From a virus (lineage: Duplodnaviria; Caudoviricetes), in the IMG/VR virus record IMGVR_UViG_3300028048_000063, positions 1-64,000 of that record: a stretch of DNA of 64,000 nt; one strand, given 5' to 3'. The notes below the pieces were generated by a model, which ran no database searches, had not been told where the DNA came from, and worked only from the letters and a program-made list of their open reading frames with translations. Below are positions 1 to 9,282 of the stretch, in pieces; the stretch's first letter is position 1; the number at the start of each line of letters is the position of its first letter. The position numbers and the translations under genes are program-made.

Positions 1-1
1 C

Positions 2-190
2 AGAGAAGGCAAAAAAGTTGGGCTTCGAGACATCTGGTTTCTTTCAGACGACGAAAACGATGTTGATGAAAGCGAAGTAACAAGATATTATATAGAAAAA
101 TTATTAGATATGGGATACGACATAGATAATAATGATGAAGTATGTATCGGAACAATCGTAACAGATTGGTACAATAAAAACATAGGATAA
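2..190 (+). CDS. hypothetical protein, 5'-truncated by window edge
   Basis: Frame open from position 2 (REGKKVGLRDIWF...WYNKNIG) to TAA at 188-190, directly upstream of the next GGAGG RBS. Confidence 0.6.
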   Translation, partial: REGKKVGLRDIWFLSDDENDVDESEVTRYYIEKLLDMGYDIDNNDEVCIGTIVTDWYNKNIG

Positions 191-205
191 TAGGAGGTAA
201 ATAAT

Positions 206-415
206 ATGGATTACAGAGAATATTGGAAAGAAGAACTTCAAGGCGTAATTGAGTGTTATAGCGATGAATACGCAGAAGAAACTGGTATCAACAAATTAAC
301 AAGCCAAGATATGGACGAGCTTGCAGATATTGTTATGAATAGTGATTATCTCTGGCAGACAATTGATAGAGAGTTACGAGATATCATTGAAGACTACTGC
401 AACAGAAATAAATAA
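206..415 (+). CDS. small acidic hypothetical protein (paralogue of 759..1181)
   Basis: AGGAGG RBS; 69 aa; N-terminal DYREYWKEE. Confidence 0.8.
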   Translation: MDYREYWKEELQGVIECYSDEYAEETGINKLTSQDMDELADIVMNSDYLWQTIDRELRDIIEDYCNRNK

Positions 416-428
416 GGAGGTATTAATT

Positions 429-746
429 ATGAGTAAAAGTAAGATTACATTAAACAGAGCAATTTATATTATTGAAAACATACTTAACTGGGGATGGGAA
501 CACGATGATGAGTTCAGAGAATGTTTAGTAAACGCAATGGAGCTAACTCCAGACGAGATTGCTGAACTCGACCTAGAAGAATACACACAAAAAGACGCAC
601 AAGACCCGCTCGGGATCGGTTTAAGTAAAGAGGAGATTTTGTCATATAAATCTGCATACGACAAAGGACATCTCGACAAGACAGATATTATGGCAGACGG
701 CTTCACAAAAACCGAAGTTGAACAAATTTTAAATTATAACGCATAG
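429..746 (+). CDS. acidic hypothetical protein
   Basis: AAGGAGG RBS at ~414-420 supports the ATG at 429 (MSKSKITL) rather than 342. Confidence 0.8.
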   Translation: MSKSKITLNRAIYIIENILNWGWEHDDEFRECLVNAMELTPDEIAELDLEEYTQKDAQDPLGIGLSKEEILSYKSAYDKGHLDKTDIMADGFTKTEVEQILNYNA

Positions 747-758
747 GAGGTAAATGTT

Positions 759-1181
759 ATGTCAGATTGGAAAGAATATTGGAAAGAAGAAATTAAAAGC
801 GAGATCGAAGGAGATCGTGACAAACTCGTGCAAAAACTCGAAGATAAAGACCTAGACATTATTGTCGAGAATTTTATGGAAGATGAAGAAGTCTGGGCGA
901 AGATCAAAAAAGGACTCTGGTTCTATATCAATGCACAGGCATATGATAAAGAATATATGGTTCCAACAATGAACATAAGCAGGAACAGATACACCAGAAT
1001 TGATTCGTACCTATTTAATTCAAAAAATGATTCAGGCGAATTAAAATATATTAAAGATTTAACAAAAGTCTTCGGAGGATATGAATTTAAATATAAGGGC
1101 TTAAGTTCTTTAACAGAAGACACATACTTCATAACAGATGAAACAATGGAAGTAATTAAAACTAAAAAATTCCCATATTAA
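759..1181 (+). CDS. hypothetical protein (N-terminal half paralogous to 206..415)
   Basis: AGGAGG RBS; DWKEYWKEE motif. Confidence 0.8.
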   Translation: MSDWKEYWKEEIKSEIEGDRDKLVQKLEDKDLDIIVENFMEDEEVWAKIKKGLWFYINAQAYDKEYMVPTMNISRNRYTRIDSYLFNSKNDSGELKYIKDLTKVFGGYEFKYKGLSSLTEDTYFITDETMEVIKTKKFPY

Positions 1182-1197
1182 AAAGGAGGGCAGGAAA

Positions 1198-1500
1198 ATG
1201 TTACAAATTAGCGATGAATTAATGAACAGAATTGAAGAGTATCCAGAATTAGCAAGATGTGTACGTGACTTTATGGAAAATGATGGATGTAATCCAGATC
1301 CATTGTATTTAACAGATTTAACAGTGTACGTCAGAGAATTAAATGTAGACGAACCAGAATTATTCGGCTGGGATGAAGAAACAGCAGAAGACTTCTATAG
1401 CTGGGGACACAACTCAAGATACGCACATGTACTTGAACCAATGATGGCTATGGATTTAGAACATCATATCGGATGTATAGCAGACTATTTAAAAATATAA
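1198..1500 (+). CDS. acidic hypothetical protein
   Basis: AAGGAGG RBS, 100-aa ORF in a tightly packed operon. Confidence 0.8.
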   Translation: MLQISDELMNRIEEYPELARCVRDFMENDGCNPDPLYLTDLTVYVRELNVDEPELFGWDEETAEDFYSWGHNSRYAHVLEPMMAMDLEHHIGCIADYLKI

Positions 1501-1519
1501 TAAAAAGGAGGACAATATT

Positions 1520-1867
1520 ATGTCAGAAACAAAGAATGAATTAATTACAGTAATTATGAAGCAACCAGGAAAAAATCCAGAAGTAGTAACAAACTTCGAC
1601 AACTCATTAAAAAGATATCAAAAAGCAGTAGATGGCTATATTGAAACAATACCACTTCCAGGTATGGAAGATCAGGTAGATATCGTACTAAATGATGAAG
1701 GTAAATTAAGGGGCTTAGAGCCAAATATAGCTATACCAGAATACAGCGATATCGCAGTCGGTACGATTATAGTGGTTGGTGTAACGCCAGATCTTGATTG
1801 GAGAAGTCTAACACAAGACGAGATTGATTACGCAACAGACTATTTAACAAATTATAGCATTTGCTAA
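1520..1867 (+). CDS. DUF3846-like protein
   Basis: Pattern KQPGKNPEV...NSLKRYQKAVDGYIE...IVLNDEGKLRGLEPN...GTIIVVG...SLTQDEI matches this phage/ICE family from memory. Confidence 0.75.
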   Translation: MSETKNELITVIMKQPGKNPEVVTNFDNSLKRYQKAVDGYIETIPLPGMEDQVDIVLNDEGKLRGLEPNIAIPEYSDIAVGTIIVVGVTPDLDWRSLTQDEIDYATDYLTNYSIC

Positions 1868-1877
1868 GATATTTTAG

Positions 1878-1906
1878 TTGACTTTTATGCTTCAAAGGAG
1901 TATAAT
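1878..1906 (+). promoter_or_regulatory. sigmaA/sigma70-type promoter
   Basis: TTGACT-17 nt-TATAAT upstream of the 1976 ORF. Confidence 0.8.
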
Positions 1907-1975
1907 ACTTACAGCAACAATCAAATAGCAATACAAAAACAAATTAAAAATATTTATTTATAGGAGGACACGAAT

Positions 1976-2761
1976 ATGCCAAATTGGGTTATGAACAGAA
2001 TTATCCTTGCAGGAAAGGATGCAGAAACAGTAGCAAACAAGATCTTATCAAAAGATCAAAACACAGGTAGAGAGTATATGGACTTCAACAACATCGACAG
2101 AATGCCAGAGAGTTTAAACTGTATATGTGGATCTTGTACCACACCTGCACTTGAATACTACCTCACGACAATCAATCCAGATATGCCGGAGTATAAAGGT
2201 GAAAAACTTTCTAAAGCAAAGTACGCCAAATATCTTAAAGCAGTTAATTCTGCTGACAAAGAACGAAAGGTGTACGGCAAGAACGAGTTTGATGTACAAC
2301 CAACAGACTTCGACACTATGGGTGGTGAAAAGGGCTATCTTACTTACGGTAAGACTATAGCAGATAACAGAGCCAACTATGGATGCAGTACCTGGTACGA
2401 ATGGAGCAGAGCACATTGGGGTGTAAAATGGAACGCATCTGAAAGCAGAGTACAACATGATGATGATGAAGTAATAATATACTTCGAGACACCTTGGGAT
2501 GGAGTTACAAAGCTAATATGCAAGTTAGCACAGATGTGTAAAGATGCTCAAGTCACTATCAACTACGACTTTTCTGAAGAGCAGGTTGCTTTTTATGAAA
2601 AACACATGTACTTCGAACATGGAGAGCTCATAAATGGCTGTTATTACGACGAAGGTAGTAAAGAAGCTACAGAGCACTTCATGGAACTCTGGGGACTTCA
2701 AGATGAATTCTACTGGAGTGAAGAAGAAGGATGCTACAAAGCAAAATGGCTTGATGACTAA
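1976..2761 (+). CDS. DUF1281/YubB-like (ferredoxin-like fold) protein
   Basis: MPNWVMNRI start, WYEWSRAHWGVKWNA and FETPW motifs. Confidence 0.75.
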   Translation: MPNWVMNRIILAGKDAETVANKILSKDQNTGREYMDFNNIDRMPESLNCICGSCTTPALEYYLTTINPDMPEYKGEKLSKAKYAKYLKAVNSADKERKVYGKNEFDVQPTDFDTMGGEKGYLTYGKTIADNRANYGCSTWYEWSRAHWGVKWNASESRVQHDDDEVIIYFETPWDGVTKLICKLAQMCKDAQVTINYDFSEEQVAFYEKHMYFEHGELINGCYYDEGSKEATEHFMELWGLQDEFYWSEEEGCYKAKWLDD

Positions 2762-2847
2762 TAGATAGCAACCAATAACAACACACAACCGTATGGCCTC
2801 GGAACGATCTGGGGCTATACGCACAAAAACACACAGGAGGTAGAAAT

Positions 2848-3153
2848 ATGGGAGCATATCAAGAGTTATATTACAGCGTAAATCCAAACATGGACATCGA
2901 CAACGCAACATGGTTCAAAGATCTATTTAAAGACGCCTGCAGAGGCTGTGAGAGAGAAGGAAAATATCTTAAGATCTACTTCGCCACAGAATCAGAAGCA
3001 AGATCATGCATGGATAGAGCGACAGACAGAAACATCAACAACTATCTAATACGAGAATTCGGAAATGAATACTATATAGTAGAGATTCCGATGAACTGGC
3101 AAGAACACAGACCAACCCGCATGTATCCAAGACATAGACAAATATTGACATAA
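2848..3153 (+). CDS. hypothetical protein
   Basis: AGGAGG RBS, 101 aa. Confidence 0.75.
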   Translation: MGAYQELYYSVNPNMDIDNATWFKDLFKDACRGCEREGKYLKIYFATESEARSCMDRATDRNINNYLIREFGNEYYIVEIPMNWQEHRPTRMYPRHRQILT

Positions 3154-3164
3154 CATAAAAAGTC

Positions 3165-3193
3165 TTGACAAACAAACAGGGATACAGTATAAT
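3165..3193 (+). promoter_or_regulatory. sigmaA-type promoter (ATACAG-TATAAT variant)
   Basis: TTGACA-17 nt-TATAAT. Confidence 0.85.
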
Positions 3194-3228
3194 ATGTATA
3201 AAGAAATAAAGAAAGGAGGAAACACAAC

Positions 3229-3906
3229 ATGAATGCAATAACAAACATCGTAACAACAGGCTTGCTGGCGGCAACAATGCTCGGAGTTGGAACTGCAGGC
3301 ACAGCAGTAGCAGCCTCAGAAGAACAGGCTCAGCAAAAGATGGATCAGTACAACTATCAGATCGTCCATGAGATCAACACCGAAGACATATACAGGATCA
3401 ACGGTGAACCGTGTACGTACGAAGAGTGGATCGCATACTTAGAATGGATCCAAAGCCTTCCAGACGGCGAAGTGATCGTGATAGATCCAGAACCAACACA
3501 AGACGTACCGCCACAAATCGAAGCCAACAAAATTCTATACGCAGACTCAGACGAATTCGCACAAACTGTAACAACAGAAGGGGCTGAAATTCCATACCTG
3601 GCAGTATACAACGGCGGATCAAAAATGGCAGAGATCCTGAGACTAGAAAACATACCTTATGTCGTCGGATCCAGAAGCAACAACTTCCCTGAGCTAACGA
3701 AACTGAATCTAGATTTTCACTGTATAAACAGATCAACTTCAACAGCATTTGAATTCGACGGCGCAGGAGTATACATACTGACAAACGTACGTATAGAAGA
3801 AGTAACAACAGAACCAGGACAAAACAGCTATATACCTGTATACAAGATCACATTAACCTGCGCACAGGCATATAGACCAGCTGACATATTAATAGGAGGT
3901 GAATAA
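3229..3906 (+). CDS. putative exported protein with signal peptide
   Basis: Hydrophobic N-terminus ending AVA-A (Sec-type cleavage site); AAGGAGG RBS. Confidence 0.75.
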   Translation: MNAITNIVTTGLLAATMLGVGTAGTAVAASEEQAQQKMDQYNYQIVHEINTEDIYRINGEPCTYEEWIAYLEWIQSLPDGEVIVIDPEPTQDVPPQIEANKILYADSDEFAQTVTTEGAEIPYLAVYNGGSKMAEILRLENIPYVVGSRSNNFPELTKLNLDFHCINRSTSTAFEFDGAGVYILTNVRIEEVTTEPGQNSYIPVYKITLTCAQAYRPADILIGGE

Positions 3907-3908
3907 AA

Positions 3909-4022
3909 ATGTGGACAGCAGTGGTAATTATTATAGTATTATTAGTCGTAGTCTTCTCGGCATCAAAAGCGATAGTACAACACGGTATTCTCCCGAAGGA
4001 TAAAGATAAGCACGACAAATAA
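3909..4022 (+). CDS. 37-aa single-pass membrane peptide
   Basis: GGAGG RBS; MWTAVVIIIVLLVVVFSASKAIVQHGILPKDKDKHDK; below the ORF-track cut-off. Confidence 0.6.
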   Translation: MWTAVVIIIVLLVVVFSASKAIVQHGILPKDKDKHDK

Positions 4023-4104
4023 TACAGACATGTAACAACCAACAATAGCAAAACAGGGACCATGAAGTGAACATGGGGAATTGAGAGAAAAGGAGGACAC
4101 AAAT

Positions 4105-4284
4105 ATGGGAACATTATTATTCGCAGTAATAGCAATTGTAGTCATGATGGTAGTAGCAGTAGCAAGCTGGATCATTGAGTTGGTTCGCGATACTAGTGGC
4201 TGGCCAATCATCCCTAGAATCCTAGCTGTCGGAGCAATAATCGGACTTGTGATTTATTGCATAGTAGACTGTTGTAGGGGCTAG
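4105..4284 (+). CDS. small two-TM membrane protein
   Basis: AAGGAGG RBS before the ATG at 4105; two hydrophobic segments. Confidence 0.7.
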   Translation: MGTLLFAVIAIVVMMVVAVASWIIELVRDTSGWPIIPRILAVGAIIGLVIYCIVDCCRG

Positions 4285-4297
4285 TAAAGTATACTAA

Positions 4298-4327
4298 GAT
4301 CTGGGCTAAAAACCCAGGTCTTTTTTT
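4298..4327 (+). terminator. intrinsic terminator closing the plus-strand gene block
   Basis: GATCTGGG-ctaaaaa-CCCAGGTC stem followed by T7. Confidence 0.85.
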
Positions 4328-4329
4328 AT

Positions 4330-5090
4330 ACTTGAAAACCCCGTAAAAACTACAGGAAAACTATGAATAAATACACAAAAATTCATAGGAATCCGAAAAT
4401 AGAGTTAAAAATATGGTAGTGGGAGGGTGGGTATATATATACAATTATAGAGGTCATATAATCATATGATCTCAAACCAGGAGGGGTCGATACAAAGGCC
4501 TCTCTTGGTCTCGTAAGAGACAAGAATAGAGAGGAGAAATACTTCTCTCTATTTATCAGGCGCTCCGGGTCGTTTCCCCGTGCCCGTACTTTCTTTTCTA
4601 GACAGACAGCTCCCCAACCCGCCATCCCCCCCACATATATTACACCCCACAAACAAAAAAATTTTACCAGCCCCCGCCTAACTCCCTATATTTTTTTATA
4701 CGGACCTATTTTTCTTTCCAACCTCCTGGGGCTCTTTTTTCTTGTGACGCTCTGTAAGCCTCTCTGTGCGTCTTTGTCCCTCTCTCGACAAATATATCTA
4801 TCCGTCCCCTTATATCTCTCTATACGCCTCTACATCGCTCCACAGCCCTATATACGCGTTTCCTTGCATATACACGCACGCACCCGCATACATACATACC
4901 TACCGCCCTAGCTCCAGCCCCACCTATAAAAAAAATATATAAAGCTCCGCCCACCGCTATATCCCTATATAGCAGCAGATCTATTTATATATAAAAATAT
5001 ATATACCTACATACCTATCTATCTTCCTTCCAGGATAGGTACATAAGTATAAGTATGAATAGAAGTATGCCCATAGCAGCAGATCTAGAT
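4330..5090. other. non-coding, strand-skewed region at the convergent strand switch (candidate terminus/packaging region)
   Basis: No credible ORF; C/T-rich plus strand with homopolymer and dinucleotide tracts; function inferred only. Confidence 0.45.
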
Positions 5091-5267
5091 CTATAGATTC
5101 TTATACAGATCTTCGACTGCCTGTATCAATACATCGTCCTCTGTATAGTACAATATAGACTCAGGTACAGCGTTACAGATAAGCTGACCGAGACGGAGAT
5201 CCGGATGCTTCTCCCAGATCTCTTTGATCTTATTTAGTATGTCTTCAATTCTTGCTGGGTCTCTCAT
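5091..5267 (-). CDS. conserved small phage protein (MRDPxRI...W...PDLRLGQL type)
   Basis: Recognisable motif; true start at the ATG at 5267. Confidence 0.75.
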   Translation of the reverse strand: MRDPARIEDILNKIKEIWEKHPDLRLGQLICNAVPESILYYTEDDVLIQAVEDLYKNL

Positions 5268-5268
5268 A

Positions 5269-5499
5269 TTATGCTTCCTTATCTTGGTCCTTCTCTTCGC
5301 CAGAATCGTGCTCAGCTTCCCACGCGTCAACCTCAGCGATGATCTCACGACCTCTGCGTGTTAAGTTACCTTCGTCGTCAACGAGCCAGCCCTTCATCAT
5401 CTCCCAGTGCCAGCCACGTGTCTCTGGATGCCTATATTCGTCGACAAGCATCTTTTTGCTCATCATGATAAGGTCTTCTACTATATTATCTGTTGCCAT
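5269..5499 (-). CDS. hypothetical protein
   Basis: 76-aa ORF in a tightly packed operon. Confidence 0.7.
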   Translation of the reverse strand: MATDNIVEDLIMMSKKMLVDEYRHPETRGWHWEMMKGWLVDDEGNLTRRGREIIAEVDAWEAEHDSGEEKDQDKEA

Positions 5500-5731
5500 C
5501 TCTGTCGCTCTCCTTCTCTTTCTCGGCAGATTCCTCTGTCTCTTTCTCTTCCTGGGCCTCTGTAGCTTCGTTTATCGCTGCATTGACCTTGCTGTCGAGT
5601 AATGATTCATAGATCCCTAGAACTTGCTGTACACGCGCATATAACTTCTTAACGAGAGCCGCATCCTTACGACTCTTCATGCTCCATATGACTGTGTTGA
5701 AGTCTTGCTCTAAATTGTGATTGATCTTCAT
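5486..5731 (-). CDS. hypothetical protein
   Basis: GGAGG RBS, 81 aa. Confidence 0.7.
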   Translation of the reverse strand: MKINHNLEQDFNTVIWSMKSRKDAALVKKLYARVQQVLGIYESLLDSKVNAAINEATEAQEEKETEESAEKEKESDRDGNR

Positions 5732-5733
5732 GC

Positions 5734-6012
5734 CTATGCCTCCACGTTTTTCTCTGCATCAGCAGCAGCTACTTCAAACTTACCTCTGCCAAGATATTGC
5801 TTTAAAAAGTTGACTAGACCTTCGTCCGCAAGTGCGTAGTCATCGATGGATATAGATAAAGATCCATCTTTACCTTCGTTGAGCTCGATACAGCCTTGCA
5901 CTGTATATAGGATTCTCTGTAACTCTCCGTTTGCGTCTTGAGCTTTATATAGCTCTTCCTCTGTCTCTGTTAATTTGTTTAATACGTATTGCTCGCATGT
6001 CTTTACTTCCAT
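5734..6012 (-). CDS. hypothetical protein
   Basis: AAGGAGG RBS, 92 aa. Confidence 0.75.
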   Translation of the reverse strand: MEVKTCEQYVLNKLTETEEELYKAQDANGELQRILYTVQGCIELNEGKDGSLSISIDDYALADEGLVNFLKQYLGRGKFEVAAADAEKNVEA

Positions 6013-6264
6013 TTTTAAGTGCCTCCTTATATGTTTATATTTGTATGTAGATATAGATAGATATAGCAGCAGATCTATGCAGAGATATCTCTAGAGATAT
6101 ACCCCCTTCGAGAGAGATAGAAAGATCTATGTCTACCCCCCTAGGGGCGCAGGTTTCTCTAGCTATATACGTGTCTATCTGTGCCTGTCTGTATCCCTCT
6201 ATGCCTGTCTCTGTATCTGTCTATATCTTGCTATAAATGTACATATCTATCTCTAGATACTAAT

Positions 6265-6293
6265 ATTATACTGGATATTGATAAAAAAGTAAA
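6265..6293 (-). promoter_or_regulatory. phage promoter family member
   Basis: TTTACT-17 nt (ending ATCCAG)-TATAAT. Confidence 0.7.
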
Positions 6294-6788
6294 GAAAAAT
6301 ATAAAACTTTGTTACTCCCTTTTTTCTCACGCATAATGCGTGCATGCATATATGCGCGCGTGCGAAGAGAGATAGGTATATCTGAATGAATATGTAGAGC
6401 TGTGTGCGGCTGTGTAAGTCTTTGTATATATGTAGATGTGTGTAGGTATGTGTCTGGATCTGGATATATATGTGTATATGTATAGGTATATATAAATTAA
6501 AGAAAAGAGAATGAAAGAAAAAAAGAAAGAAAGGTTTATAAAGAAAGAAAACGTAATATATATAAATATATATTACTAAAAAGAAAGCAAGAGACGAGCT
6601 GTTGCTCAGCTTCGCTTCGCCCCAGAAACAAATCAACGTCCGGCGACTCTGGAGTCCCAGCGCCGGCCGAGATTAGAGTTGCACAGCATAGCTGTTGTTT
6701 TGTTTGTGTGTTTTTTGAGCTGTGGAGGAAGGCAGCTATACGTGCTGCTTGCTTTCGCGGTGCTCAGCTGCGCAGCACTAGGGTGCTG

Positions 6789-6847
6789 TTCCATAGAATT
6801 TCCACCGAATTCCACGGGATTTCCACGAAAATGACAGGTATTTCCAC
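6789..6847 (+). repeat. helically phased TTCCA(C/T) repeats (iteron-like)
   Basis: TTCCAT at 6789 and TTCCAC at 6800, 6810, 6821, 6842. Confidence 0.65.
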
Positions 6848-6875
6848 CCGTTTTACCATGAAACCGCAAAAAAAT

Positions 6876-6903
6876 AAAAAAAGGAGGGTTTTTAGTCCTC
6901 CTT
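6876..6903 (-). terminator. intrinsic terminator after the helicase-nuclease gene
   Basis: AAGGAGG/CCTCCTT stem followed by a long T run on the minus strand. Confidence 0.8.
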
Positions 6904-6917
6904 CTAAATATTATTAA

Positions 6918-9206
6918 TTATAAATTAATTTTAACGAATTTGCCACTGACCGTATCATAAACAATAACTGTTTTAATTTTTAGGTCTGAGCGTTTTGTTG
7001 ATAAATAATGATAAGCCAATACCTGTTTTACCATAGATTTATCTATATAATTAGTTGTCTTGATATCAATAATTGTATCTTGATTAATATAGTCGGCGAG
7101 ACCTGTAATATGTTTGATACTTAAATTAGGATCATAAAGCTTATTATCAGACGTAAATTGAGTTGTAATATTAAACTCTTTTTTAACAAAATCTGCTGCT
7201 TTAGTTCCGAGTTCAACCACTGTTTTAACAAAATCTATATAGCTTTTTTTAATCAAGGATTGAATACTAATAGTTGGAATTAACTTTGCAATTTTAGATC
7301 CATAAGCTTCTTCCATCAACTCACGATATTTTAGCATGCAAGCTCTTATAATTAAATTATCATTAACAAAACTATCATCTTGGATACCCGCTTCTTTACG
7401 TGCTTGTATTATATGTTTATTTAAATAAAGATTCCCATATACTAAGTATTTAGAATAATATTCAACACAGTAACCTAGACATCTATTACATTTAGCATCA
7501 AAATTAAAATCATTATGTCCTGTAAAAAGGCTGTCCACTACGCTATTAATTTTTTGTTTATATTTTTTTTCAATAAAACTATTAAATTTAGAAGCTTTAT
7601 TTATTTTAGATGTCACTGCTTTATCTTCTATCCAAATCTCTTTATTGTTATTATTTTTACTATGTTTCATAATATCTGTTCCAATGATAGCAGATTCTTT
7701 ATCATTAAAAACTTTTGTATATGGAAAATAAGGTAAGGTATTAGCCATTAGATCAACAAGAGATTCAGCTTTAATATAATGACCCGTAAGTACTGGAATT
7801 AATGGGATGCCTTTAATCGCAGTATACATCGTTACTCTAGCTCGCCTTTGTTTATATAAATCCAATACGTTTTCAACAAGCTCCTTTTCGTCTTCTCCAC
7901 TGACATAATTAAAACGAGAAATTTCAACTGTTGTTGATGATAATTGTGATAGATCTTTTATTTTATAATAATAGTAAATATTACCAAATCTTACGCCAAC
8001 CAATTGTTCATTTTTAATGCGTTCCGTTTTGTAGAAATCACTTTCAGGATTAATAATGTTAAACCCAGTTTTTTTATCTTTTAAAACCTTAAAAGTACCA
8101 GTCACACCATCAAGTTCTATAATTTTTAAACCATTTGGAAGTATTCCTTTTTTAACTTTAATAACAGAATCGGTCTTTAATTGTTCAACTGAAATAGTAT
8201 CACAGAAAGCAGAAACCAATTCACCGTCTTCGTCTTCGTCAATGTGCATTTGCGCAACGTTGTAATATACAAAACACTGTCTAGTGTTTTCTAATAATTT
8301 TTCGTTTTTTGAATTAAAAATGTCAATATCGTCTCTATATAATAAAGCATTACGTCTGCATCTACCAATAAGTTGAATGGTTGTTTTATTATTACTTGGT
8401 TGATTATCCAAAAATAGTACGTGAGCTCTTCTAATATCAATACCTTCAACAATTTTAAATTTATTAATAATTACATCATAACTATTATCATCTTGACAAA
8501 GATCGGACATATTAAAATTTTCTTCTGTGATATTTATATATCGTAACTTGTATTCTTGACAGAGTGTAATAACAATATTTGTTAAATTATCATCGATGCA
8601 TCTAAAAATTGCACATGGATTATAATTTAAAACATTAATATGTTGTTGTTTTACCTCTAAAAGCTTTTTGATAGCATCTTCTGGAGTCCCAGTACTTTGA
8701 TGGACCGTGCGAAGCATCATGGTATTAGCAAAATTACATTTAATATCAGCATTATCTGGAGTAGCTGTAAAATTAATTGTCTTAAAAGCTTTATCCTTAA
8801 GCAAATTTTCCCAGCGATTTGTATTAATATGTCCCTCGTCTCTAATCCATATAAAATTTGTATTTTTTGGAATTAAATTTAAAATATCATTAGCTTGAAG
8901 TTTACTGGAAATAGTATATTGTTGACACCCATAAACGACGAAATTGTCATTTGCACAATCATGCTGTATACTTGTACTAATTTGTCTATCGAGTTGACCT
9001 TTAGATAACGTTGTAATAACAAAAAAAACATCTGGCATAAGATTGATAAGTTTAGCCATCATCTTTGTTTTTCCTGTACCAGTAGGACTTTGAAAATTAA
9101 TAACTTTCATATAGTCTTCAGTATTGTTATTAATCTTATCAATTAATTCATTAATATAATAGTTTTGTGTCTCGTTAATTTCTTTGAAAGCTTCTTTTTT
9201 CGTCAT
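6918..9206 (-). CDS. SF2 (ResIII/DEAD-like) helicase fused to a C-terminal PD-(D/E)XK nuclease
   Basis: Walker A SPTGTGKT, DEGH, TATP, VEGIDI, QLIGRCRR; C-terminal GLADY...IIDIKTT...QVLAY. Confidence 0.8.
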   Translation of the reverse strand: MTKKEAFKEINETQNYYINELIDKINNNTEDYMKVINFQSPTGTGKTKMMAKLINLMPDVFFVITTLSKGQLDRQISTSIQHDCANDNFVVYGCQQYTISSKLQANDILNLIPKNTNFIWIRDEGHINTNRWENLLKDKAFKTINFTATPDNADIKCNFANTMMLRTVHQSTGTPEDAIKKLLEVKQQHINVLNYNPCAIFRCIDDNLTNIVITLCQEYKLRYINITEENFNMSDLCQDDNSYDVIINKFKIVEGIDIRRAHVLFLDNQPSNNKTTIQLIGRCRRNALLYRDDIDIFNSKNEKLLENTRQCFVYYNVAQMHIDEDEDGELVSAFCDTISVEQLKTDSVIKVKKGILPNGLKIIELDGVTGTFKVLKDKKTGFNIINPESDFYKTERIKNEQLVGVRFGNIYYYYKIKDLSQLSSTTVEISRFNYVSGEDEKELVENVLDLYKQRRARVTMYTAIKGIPLIPVLTGHYIKAESLVDLMANTLPYFPYTKVFNDKESAIIGTDIMKHSKNNNNKEIWIEDKAVTSKINKASKFNSFIEKKYKQKINSVVDSLFTGHNDFNFDAKCNRCLGYCVEYYSKYLVYGNLYLNKHIIQARKEAGIQDDSFVNDNLIIRACMLKYRELMEEAYGSKIAKLIPTISIQSLIKKSYIDFVKTVVELGTKAADFVKKEFNITTQFTSDNKLYDPNLSIKHITGLADYINQDTIIDIKTTNYIDKSMVKQVLAYHYLSTKRSDLKIKTVIVYDTVSGKFVKINL

Positions 9207-9251
9207 TGTTTTTTACCTCCATTATTTTTAATCTCTTTTCACCTTATTAAA

Positions 9252-9280
9252 ATTATACTGGATATTATAATAAAAGTCAA
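9252..9280 (-). promoter_or_regulatory. phage promoter family member
   Basis: TTGACT-17 nt (ending ATCCAG)-TATAAT. Confidence 0.85.
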
Positions 9281-9282
9281 TT

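Larger units (their letters stand above)
4969..6077 (+). repeat. three exact copies of the 15-mer ATAGCAGCAGATCTA
   Basis: Copies at 4969-4983, 5073-5087 and 6063-6077, all intergenic. Confidence 0.85.

Noticed and set aside
4330-6900. CRISPR array or coding ORFs (4383-4652, 6253-6636, 6633-6869, 6708-6917) in the repeat-rich blocks
   Set aside because: Repeats are short and irregularly spaced, with no repeat-spacer periodicity. The ORFs are low-complexity translations lacking RBSs.
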